Assembly: GCF_964204645.1 (NCBI RefSeq)
Contig: NC_134027.1
Coordinates: 1,208,385-1,272,384, forward strand
DNA from: Tubulanus polymorphus
Lineage: Eukaryota > Animalia > Nemertea
Length of the DNA stretch: 64,000 nt
Reading direction: 5' to 3'
Under the pieces are notes generated by a model that worked only from the letters and a program-made list of their open reading frames with translations, was not told where the DNA came from and made no database searches. Position 1 is the first letter of the stretch, and every line of letters starts with the position of its first letter. The position numbers were made by a program, and so were the translations under genes. Shown here in pieces: positions 27,400 through 39,300 of this stretch.

Positions 27400-30300
27400 G
27401 CAGCAACAGCAACAACGTTTTAACATATCCATGTCTGGGATTGACGTAAGTTATCATAAACGCCTGTTTGAAGTCATCATTCTTGAGCTTGAAACCGAAA
27501 TTTATATATATAGAATATTAAACCCTGCTTCTGCTACTGACAGGTAATGTCTGTCATACATTACTGCATCGTCAAATCTATACCAGGGTGCACCCAGCCT
27601 GATCGTTCGCATCATCACATGCAAAGGGCTGATTATTTTGGAACCCAGTTTTTATCAGCTGGAACATTCTGCACATTCGACCATATTGATTGATAGCCCG
27701 TTATAGACGAGTGGAGAAAAACTGAAAAACCAGTTCAATGTTACCTCATGGTAAACAAAAGGGAATTTCAATGAGTTTAACTCACATTTACAGAGTTTTA
27801 ACGAGGTTAGACTGATTAACCATTATTCCATCAATGGTGTGTTCTGTCCATCAAGGCTCCTCAGACGCACCGAGCAGTCAAATGCAGCAGTAGCACGAGG
27901 GTCGGGTGTTCTCGTGTGGGCAGACGGTCCGAACCCCAAAACCATTTACTTACACTATACAAATCAGATCAGGTTTTTAACATTGTCTTTGATTGTATTT
28001 TCAGTTTCTGCCGACAACGCCGACAACGCCGCCAAGCGGTACTTCTACGCCGGTAAGTGATAACTATTTTCTAATAAATCACGCTTATTTCAATTTGTAA
28101 TTTGAAAATAGAGGGTAGTAGCTGTTTTGCATAAATTATGCTATTTAGGAATAAAATCAAATTCGATTAAGTCTCATCATCGTAGAAGTCATATATTAAT
28201 GATGCTATCTACAGTTGTCATTTAGATTAAGTGTTATATTTACTACTTAATTTGCTTCATGACCCAAAAACCTCTACTATATAACTACTGGTTTTGTTCT
28301 AATCTTGGAGAATTTGCTGCAAAATTTACTTATCATTTGTTAATCAGTTTTTATTGAAAACCCGAATCAGTGATACATGCATTCATGAATATCCATCTAA
28401 TATTTTGTTTTATTTTATCTTTACAGAACATATCACCGATACAGCACGTGGATGTAAGACATTAAACATTGATCTTGAATTTTAAGTTCAATCTAATTTA
28501 TTTTTTATCTCACTCGGGACTATAGTTATTGCGTTCACTTTGCGTCCAGTTGTCTCGGCTAGTTTTTGATTTATCGTGTTGATAATTGGTTTATATACTC
28601 AAACTACTCAAACTCAAAATATTGGCGCAATTGGAATTAAGATGGCGGACTTGTATGACCATTTTTTACCGGCAAAATCAGCACTTTAGGATCAATTCTG
28701 TTGTTGTTATATTACATTTAAATCAGAGTTTAATATATATCAGTATAGAGCAGGTTTTTGCTCTAGTTATAAATAAAGTTATAAATAATCTCATGACATG
28801 TTCTGTATATGTGTAGTGAGTTTCAATGTCTTTGGTTCCTTTTAAACCAGGGGGAGTTAGATTTGAAAATGTCAGATCGTCGAGCATTTCAGACCACTTC
28901 TAAAGTGGGTCCCTGCACCCCTAGTTATACCGTTAATATTTTAATAATACATTAATATTTTTATTTGATAGAATATATTGATATACCATACATTGATATC
29001 GGTCTTGTAATTGGATCAACAACCATGAGATCAAAACACAGCAAATATGAACCTGCTGTGAATCAATAGATTTGTGATAAATGTAATGAAATTGTTATTT
29101 TTCATATTGACTTTTGGAGTTAAGGGTCTGTTGTATAAGAGTCTTTGGTCTCGCGTCTCAATGTATGATATCAATCTGTTGTGTTTCCTCGTTCCAATGT
29201 TTAAAAGGTGTTCGTCACCTTATATTAATATCCTCCGTGTTTAAAAACCTGTGCGTATTACTTTTACCGTTAGATGGCGCCATAAGTGTGGTATTTGATT
29301 TATGGGATACCCGCATAACCAGCTATTCCACCAGATGGCGCAACGAGTAGTAGGTCGTTCGTTGTCAAAATTAGTTCATTTTCGATGAACTTTGAACTGG
29401 TTTGAAGAAGAAATACTTTCATTCTTCTACTCTGATATCGGTTTAGTTCTCATTAATAATTGATTCATTTAAGAGAACAATTCATTCAGATTTAATTGAA
29501 ATGTACAAGAAAATCGAACGCATACGACCAACTATTTACTAGCGACACCTGGTGGATCCTCGCCTGCCATAAGTGGAATCCTCGATTGCCACAGTAAGAC
29601 TGCGGGTATCCCATTGTTTGGCGTGTGATAAAGTAAAGTTAGAAAACGAATGTTTAACTTTGTTGTGAAATGAAAGCGTTTTGGAGATTTTTAAACCGAT
29701 CAAATCAATATTTTGATATTACGCTTGAAACCCTTCCCACTCATATTCTGCTTACTAAGTATATATTCTTGTTTCCGTGGAAATCATGGTGAGTGGCGCC
29801 ATCTATACAGTGGAGTTAGCTTTATAAATCGAGTATGATTTGACAAGTGGCTCCATCTATTCCCTAATACTGAAGCGAGGTAACCAGCAGCGCCCTCATA
29901 TACAGGAAATGAACGCCTATCAAGTTTAACAATGCACGGTGTATTGTCCACAGTGACCGGTGATAATTATATCAATGTTGATTAGCTATTGCCATAGACA
30001 GGTCCGTAGCGTTTGGCTGGAACAGAACGGGGCCCGCTAACCAAAACAAATTTTGAAAACGTGCCCAGATAAATTGCCTCTGGGAGATTGATTTAACGAG
30101 GTTTTGATTAAATGAACAAATTTTAATATTTGTAAGTTTAACATTTCTGTTTTTAATTTTTCTTTGTAAGGAACTGAATTTTCGAACCCCCCTGAACCGC
30201 TTCAAGCTACGTCCCTGATATAGTGCTAGCTATACCGGAATACTTTTCTCTTATTGAAATTGTTTAAAAAACCAGCACCTTGAACTAATGAACGTCATAA

Positions 30301-33300
30301 TGAAAAATGTTGAAAAGTTCACCGTTTATGAATTTGACTAATATATTTATATTATTTTCATTTCTAGGGTCATATCGGTCGCCTTGCACCGTCTCCGTCT
30401 CTTAATGTAAGTATCAGTGACGCCCTCAATCTCACATGCCTCACTTTCCTCCTAGTGTACTGGTTCTTATGAAATTCCTCAAGAAAATATACTGATAATC
30501 TTAGAATACACGTTTTTGTACCCAGACCCCTTCATTCTACTGTGAACTATTGTGTAATTAGTGCCTGATGTGTAAATTTTCTATTGCATTGATTTTTATA
30601 TTATTTCTATTTACAGTCTGACCTAAACAACAGTAGCAGCAGCAGCAGCAGCAGCGCACCCCTCCCGCCGGAGACGCCTCCCGACTTGCAAGCACGAAGT
30701 AAGTTCAGTCTTCAAATACAATTTCAATGCATTCAATTTTTTAACAAGAGAAATCCCACAATAAGTTCAGCCAAAACGAGAAACTTGAATAGAAGAGTTA
30801 TATATATTTGCGCAACGTTTCGGCTAAAGACTATTAGCCATCATCAGGCGTGAACTTATTGTGGGATTTCTCTTGTTATCTTCTTACACGGATATTGTGT
30901 ATCTTCTCGTCTCATTCAATTTTTTGTATGGTGTTAAAACAGTTAAAGTTGTGACCAGTTTTCATAACTCTGTGACGTCAGGTTCGGTGTAGGACAAAAA
31001 ACAATATCATATTTCCTTCGAGTACCGGCCCCTTTCCTACGGTTTTTGCCAATATTTCTAAATTTGGATTGAATGATCGCCAGCGGTTTTTCTATACGAC
31101 CTGGCTCTGCTGTATTGCATTTAGCCATCCTTTTTCTTGGCGTTTTTGATAAGAAGGTGTTTGATTTTGTGTCTAAGGGATTTAGGAATTCAAGAGAGAC
31201 TTGCACTCTCTATACAGTGAGTACTTGTACTCTCTATACAGTGAGTTTGTCCTGTTTTTGTTCCCTCGTGAATTTTACGTTTGTTTGGTCTAATTTAATT
31301 TATTATAATCAAATCAAATCAGTGCATCTTTCTTGAATTGCGTGTATGTTATCAAATATCTGTTATATTTAAACCGAATATTTAATTGTTGTATTTTGAA
31401 TGCGATAATGCCGCTCCCTGCTCAAGTCCAGCGTCGTCGTCGTCGTGAGGGATGCGGTCATCTGTTCGGGCCCTGATTGCGTTCTGTGTTCGTGGTGTTG
31501 GGCTAAATCGGGCGTTCAGAGTTAATCCTTCCTGGACTTGCGGTTTGTGGTCGGAAGATCCATGGTTCACCGGTCAATCAACGGTTCATCTGGTTCAGTT
31601 TCTGACTAGTATTACCTGCACATGACCAGTCCGGTCCGGGCTATTCCTAGCACCGGTCAAGGCATCACCGGGTACTGAACATCCGGTCAGCTCCGTGCAC
31701 CGGGCCGGTCCAGGCATCACCGGGTACTGAACATCCAGTCAGCTCCATGCACTGGTCCGGTCCAGGCATCACCGGGTACTAAACATCCGGTCAGCTCCGT
31801 GCACCGGTCCGGTCCAGGCATCACCGGGTACTGAACATCCAGTCAGCTCCATGCACCGGTCCGGTCCAGGCATCACCGGGTACTGAACATCCGGTCAGCT
31901 CCGTGCACTGGTCCGGTCCAGGCATCACCGGGTACTGAACATCCGGTCAGCTCCGTGCACCGGGCCGGTCCAGGCATCACCGGGTACTGAACATCCAGTC
32001 AGCTCCGTGCACCGGGCCGGTCCAGGCATCACCGGGTACTGAACATCCGGTCAGCTCCGTGCACCGGGCCGGTCCAGGCATCACCGAGTACTGAACATCC
32101 GATCAGCTCCATGCATCGGTCCGGTCCAGGCATCACCGGGTACTGAACATCCGGTCAGCTCCGTGCACTGGTCTGGTCCAGGCATCACCGGGTACTGAAC
32201 ATCTGGTCAGCTCCGTGCACCGGGCCGGTCCAGGCATCACCGGGTACTGAACATCCAGTCAGCTCCGTGCACCGGGCCGGTCCAGGCATCACCGGGTACT
32301 GAACCTCCGGTCAGCTCCGTGCACCGGGCCGGTCCAGGCATCACCGAGTACTGAACATCCGATCAGCTCCATGCATCGGTCCGGTCCAGGCATCACCGGG
32401 TACTGAACATCCAGTCAGCTCCATGCACTGGTCTGGTCCAGGCATCACCGGGTACTAAACATCGGTTTTGTGTGACTCATTTGATTCTGATGTTTCAAAT
32501 TTGAAACATAGTTATCATGGCTCCAGTTTTGGTAAAGGGCGCTCTCCTACCAGATGCAGGAGTAAGGTCACCTTCACTGAGATCGAGACCGTTTAGGAAG
32601 TTCAAGTCGAGGGACCGTTTAGGAAGTTCATGTCTTTCACGTCGAGGGACCGTTTAGGAAGTTCATGTCTTTCACGTCGAGAGACCGTTTAGGAAGTTCA
32701 TGTCTTTCACGTCGAGGGACCGTTTAGGAAGTTCATGTCTTTCACGTCGAGGGACCGTTTAGGAAGTTCACGTCGAGGGACCGTTTAGGAAGTTCACGTC
32801 TTTCACGTCGAAGGACCGTTTAGGAAGTTCACGTCGAGGGACCGTTTAGGAAGTTCATGTCTTTCACGTCGAGGGACCGTTTAGGAAGTTCACGTCTTTC
32901 ACGTCGAGGGACCGTTTAGGAAGTTCACGTCTTTCACGTCGAAGGACCGTTTAGGAAGTTCACGTCGAGGGACCGTTTAGGAAGTTCATGTCTTTCACGT
33001 CGAGGGACCCTTTAGGAAGTTCACGTCTTTCACGTCGAGGGACCGTATAGGAAGTCCTCACAAGAATCGGGATTTCCGCAATTTCGAAAGTAAAGTAAGA
33101 CTTAAACTTGTTATTTTCATCTAAGCTACCGCAGTCACAGGTAGGCCTATTCCTAATTGCCCGGTTAGAAGTTCACCAACCCACTCATCAGTTATTCAGA
33201 ATTCTGGCTGAATTTCTGATTTCAACGAGGATCTTGTTCCTGCCGCAATAAGCTTTTTACCCCTCAGCCGTAGGACGCAAGGGGTATTGTTGTCACGTGT

Positions 33301-36300
33301 GTCCGTACGGGCGTGGGCAGACGGGCGTGCAGCTATTGTTCCCACTCTGCAGGCTTCAGTTTTTCGTTGATTTTCTTGTGACTTGGTATGTTTATTTTAG
33401 GTGTGAGGAAGATGAGCCCTATTGTTTTTGACAAATATACGTCATCCAAGATGGCCTCCACAGTCGTTGTGATGTGTGAAATAGCTATTTTGAAGCTTAT
33501 TCCCGCTCTACAGACTTAAGTTTTTGTTTGATTTTCTTGTGACTCGAGCAAAAGGAGGATGAACTCTACTGTGTTCGATGTGTGTAGGTCATCAAAGATG
33601 GCCACCACAGTTATATCAGTGTCTTAAATAGCCGATTTGGAGCTTGTTACATCTCTAAGGTGTACAGGTTTAGACTATATAATTTTATTCATAGTTGTAC
33701 TGTGGTTTATTTATGGTGGTCGGAGGATGAGCCCTACATGATTCACTGGTCAAGGGTCAATGTCTAGTTTGTTAAACGTGGAGGAACTCGTGCTATGCCC
33801 TCAGGCGGTCCCCGGTGAATCCCCCCCCCCCCCCGGTTTCAGCGGTTTCAAGAGAACGAGAGACTCGATTAGATACGCAATATTCAGGCAGTACGGTGGA
33901 ATTAGAAGTTCTGCGATGATGTCATGTCATTATAGCAACTGATTATGACTGCCATGTTGGACGTTATACAACGGCAACAATGGAAATTTGACAACAAAAG
34001 ATTGATTTTATTGATCAACACGTTCCATATAGCGTCCAGTCCAAAATGTCGACATGTTATTTTGTAGAACCTCTGTAGGGGCCTTGCTGTGGATGCTGAC
34101 TATACTCGGACATCGATTGCAGAACCTCTGTAGGGGCCTTGCTGTGGATGCTGACTATACTCAGACATCGATTGTAGAACCTCTGCAGGGGCCTTGCTGT
34201 GGATGCTGACTATACTCAGACATCAATTGTAGAACCTCTGTAGGGGCCTTGCTGTGGATGCTGACTATACTCAGACATCGATTGTAGAACCTCTGTAGGG
34301 GCCTTGCTGTGGATACTGACTATACTCAGACATCGATTGTAGAACCTCTGTAGGGGCCTTGCTGTGGATGCTGACTATACTCGGACATCGATTGTAGAAC
34401 CTCTGTAGGGGCCTTGTTGTGGATGCTGACTATACTCGGACATCGATTGTAGAACCTCTGTAGGGGCCTTGCTGTGGATGCTGACTACACTCGGACATCG
34501 ATTGTAGAACCTCTGTAGGGGCCTTGCTGTGGATGCTGACTACACTCAGACATCGATTGTAGAACCTCTGTAGGGGCCTTGCTGTGGATGCTGACTATAC
34601 TCAGACATCAATTGTAGAACCTCTGTAGGGGCCTTGCTGTGGATGCTGACTATACTCAGACATCGATTGTAGAACCTCTGTAGGGGCCTTGTTGTGGATG
34701 CTGACTATACTCAGACATCGATTGTAGAACCTCTGTAGGGGCCTTGCTGTGGATGCTGACTATACTCAGACATCGATTGTAGAACCTCTGTAGGGGCCTT
34801 GCGCTCGTATTATTGTGTAACTCCGTGTGCTGTGGACTAGAGTCTCATCTGCCCACATTGCGGTTCAGTCTGGTATTCCTCTGCCTAAGTCTGGTCTGGT
34901 GGTAGTAACATCAATCCTGGATAACCTTACCAGGGTTTATAGTTCGTTCCAGGATATAGCTGTATTAACAGGTGAGCTACGTGAGACTCGCAGCCGTCCG
35001 TGGGTGGCTCCGAGCCTGAGATGGGTGGCTCCGAGCCTGAGTCAGTTACCCAGGTTATTCAATCCTTGGCTCCGTCTGTCCATTATCATTTCGGGGTCAG
35101 GTTAATCTTATTTTAGCTTCCCGCCAATCAGACTTGGACGGCGGGTCTAAGGTCTGTCTGCTAGATATGGACTCAATTAGGACTCTCTGTACCACCAGTT
35201 ATCCCACTAGATGGCGTGTGTGTGATCAGTGCGACAACCTTGTCAAAATCTAGTTCATTTTCAATGAACTGTCATCTAGATTTTTAGCCTCCCTTATCAG
35301 AAATTAGGCAAATTACTCCTCAGATGATCTTTAGGTTCATATTTAAGGTGGTTTTTACTGATCACTGTTCAAAGAATTTGAGAAATTATGGAAAGATTTG
35401 AATTGAATCTGAGAAGAAATGCGGGAGTTGTCTGAATGCACACTAGCGACACCTGGTGGATCCACGATTGCCACAAGTGGAATCCTCGATTGCCACAGTC
35501 GAACGTAGAGTATTAAGAGCTCAATTAGGTTCTTCTTCATGTCTATTCTCTGGTTGGAGTGCTCCAGTTTTGACCGAACGGAGGAATATTTGAGAGGTGC
35601 AGATTCAAGTCCACCACGCGTAGATGCGTTCTGGCGGCTCGACTCAAACAATGCCAGCTCAAGCATCCATACTTTCTCAAGCGGCTACTAATGCTGGTTG
35701 GAGAACAAGCGGACAGCTCCAACATTCTCGTGCCCTGGTCAGAATAATTCTAGTTCATATCGGTGAAAGAGGAATGCTCCTAAAAGGAGCTCTTCCTCAC
35801 GGAGAACCTCAAAATGAATTCTCGGGGCCAGTGGGACGATGTCTACAACGAGCAGCCACCTACTGATCCGGCGTTCCCGGGTTGTATCACGGCGGCTACT
35901 GTCTTCAATTCTGAACACCTCCCGACACGCGCCCGAAAGCAGGTCACGAGACGCTCATCTCGTCGGCTCTCGAAGATCTGGCCAAACAGAGAGCAATAAA
36001 ACCGGTACGGGACGAAGCCACACCCGGATGGTTTTCCCGAATATTTATGCTCCCGTAGGCCACAGGGCGTCAATGGACTTTAATAATAGACCTATCATTC
36101 CTCAATCGGCACATCATATCCCGAGGTTTCCAATTACCAAACCCAGATGGTAATTCTCCGCCCAGGTCGATGGGCAGCTTCATTGGACCGGGAAGTTCCT
36201 ATTCACCGGAGAACTCGTCAATTTCACGGAATAAAGCGGAAAGGCCGCTAGTTCCAATTCCGGTCTCTTCCAGTCGGCCTCAGTACAGCCCTGGGTATTT

Positions 36301-39300
36301 ACCAGCTTGGGTCAAGTCCAGACTACAGTCATAGGTTTCATAGATATGGAAGAAAAATAATTCCAGGGAACATTTTGAAATTTGTCAGTTATAACCATGG
36401 TTTCTCATTGTTGCTATCGTGGTTGTCACCCAGATTGGCGATTATAACCAAGTATTTGTCTGTTGGTTTACCTCGACGACTGGTTACTAGTACCAAACTC
36501 GACTATAGAATGTCAGGAGGCGGTGACCACTGTCGTAGACTTAGTTCACCAGTTAGGGTCCCGGGTAAACTAAGTAAAATCTCACTTGATGCCGTCCCAA
36601 CAGTTCACATATCTAGACATGGACTTCGATCTCCGGATTAGCACGGTCTTTCCGTCCATGGCTCGAGTAGCCAATCTTCAAGAAGCTGTATAGCGGTATT
36701 TACAACAACTGCGAAGACGGCTAGTTATCGGTCAAGCCTGTGGCTAAATGCAATCTCTGGCAATCTCCAAATTCTCGGAGAATATTACCTAAAACCATAG
36801 GAAAGGGTAAAGCACTACTCGGAAATACAAATTTTATTTCCAAAAATTATGATATAATATGGATTGCAGCTGTGTGGAAGAAGTTTTTAAAATTATTTAG
36901 GAGCTTATAATTTGAATACATGAATTGAGAACAATTTGAAATGTGTTGATATCCAAAAGTGTCTCCATTGACTTCACTCATTCACCTGATGAAGCTTCTA
37001 TACATTAGTACCCAAAGCTTGTGTGTCAAATAAACTAGTTACACGTCCTATAAAGTACTACTTGTCTCGTTATATATTCTAAACCCCAGTTAACAATTCC
37101 AGTAAGTCAGGTTTAGGGAATAGATATTTAAACCTTGAGATGAAACCGATGTGATACAATCCCAGTAAGTCAGGTTTAGGGAATAGATATTTAAACCTTG
37201 AGATGATACCGATGTGATACAATTCCAGTAGGTCAGGTTTAGGGAATAGATATTTAAACCTTGAGATGATACCGATGTGATACAATTCCAGTAAGTCAGG
37301 TTTAGGGAATAGATATTTAAACCTTGAGATGAAACCGATGTGATACAATTCCAGTAAGTCAGGTTTAGGGAATAGATATTTAAACCTTGAGATGAAACCG
37401 ATGTGATACAATCCCAGTAAGTCAGGTTTAGGGAATAGATATTTAAACGTTGAGATGATACCGATGTGATAGAATTCCAGTAAGTCAGGTTTAGGGAATA
37501 GATATTTAAACCTTGAGATGAAACCGATGTGATACAATTCCAGTAAGTCAGGTTTAGGGAATAGATATTTAAACCTTGAGATGAAACCGATGTGATACAA
37601 TCCCAGTAAGTCAGGTTTAGGGAATAGATATTTAAACCTTGAGATGATACCGATGTGATAGAATTCCAGTAAGTCAGGTTTAGGGAATAGATATTTAAAC
37701 CTTGAGATGAAACCGATGTGATACAATTCCAGTAAGTCAGGTTTAGGGAATAGATATTTAAACCTTGAGATGAAACCGATGTGATACAATCCCAGTAAGT
37801 CAGGTTTAGGGAATAGATATTTAAACCTTGAGATGATACCGATGTGATAGAATTCCAGTAAGTCAGGTTTAGGGAATAGATATTTAAACCTTCAGATGAA
37901 ACCGATGTGATACAATTCCAGTAAGTCAGGTTTAGGGAATAGATATTTAAACCTTGAGATGATACCGATGTGATACAATTCCAGTAAGTCAGGTTTAGGG
38001 AATAGATATTTAAACCTTCAGATGAAACCGATGTGATACAATTCCAGTAAGTCAGTTTTAGGGAATAGATATTTAAACCTTGAGATGATACCAATGTAAT
38101 ACAATTCCTGTAAGTCAGGTTTAGGGAATAGATATTTAAACCTTGAGATGATACCGATGTGATACAATTCCAGTAAGTCAGGTTTAGGAAATAGATATTT
38201 AAACCTTCAGATGATACCGATGTAATACAATCCCAGTAAGTCAGGTTTAGGGAATAGATATTCTAACCTTGAGATGATACCGATGTGATACAATTCCAGT
38301 AAGTCAGGTTTAGGGAATAGATATTTAAACCTTCAGATGATACCGATGAATTTAGCAATTTTGAATGAATTAAACCAATAGATTTCGATCCTAAGAATAT
38401 TGGAAGCTTGTGTTTAACGTTACTAAATAGTAATATTATATAAAGCTAGAAGGACACGAGGGTATCCATTTTTTTGCCCGATCGCGACGATTAAATTCGC
38501 CGGTGAATTTATACGCCCGATACGAGCGGGTACCGATCTATTTATAAACCGGCCATCACGGTGATTTCGTCGCCCACCGACATTAAACATTTTCGATATT
38601 TATGCCGGTGTTCGCTCGTCATGTCGGCAAGCTTAAAAAGATTTAGAAAAAAATACAAATTCTCATTCGTGAATGAACTGGATTCATCTGGGTTCAGTTT
38701 CATGAGACACAGTTCAAACTGCTCTAGAATTTGAGTTTGTAATTAATGTATGTGATTATAATGAATTGTATTTTTTGTTTTACAGCTTTGGCATTTCGGT
38801 TAAGTCGTGCGTTCCGGAGGGAGGAGTTTGTACGTTTGTTTCTCCCGGAGTGTAAGTAGTTTTACTATTTTCATACTATATCATTCAGTGTGACGTGTGT
38901 CGCTGAATCAGGCGCGGATCCAGGAATTTTTCCAAGAGGGGGTTCATAAAAATCCTGACTAAAATCTCTAATGATAGCCGGGGCCTATACGGCATATTGT
39001 TTGGCCAAACATAAGATCATATGGTACCGGTTTTTTGGCTTTTCTCGAGTAAGCATTTACATTCCTTCAAGAAAACAAATTTTTAGAATTTTTGGTAGCT
39101 GATCAGCGGGGTCACGACCCCTGAAACCCTCCCTGGATCCGCGCCTATGATATCTCCTCAAAATCTAATAAAAACATTCAACAAATTAATGCTATAATGA
39201 CGATATGTAGCCTGTTATATCTGTCTATTTGAATGCATTTGCATAAAGAAATAGTTGCGGAATTATCAACCGCAAGTAAAAGTGTAACCCTAGTGGGTCT

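Noticed and set aside
37079-38094. 236-aa and 334-aa minus-strand ORFs with 21-aa repeats
   Set aside because: Produced by a 63-bp minisatellite open in two frames; no unique coding flanks
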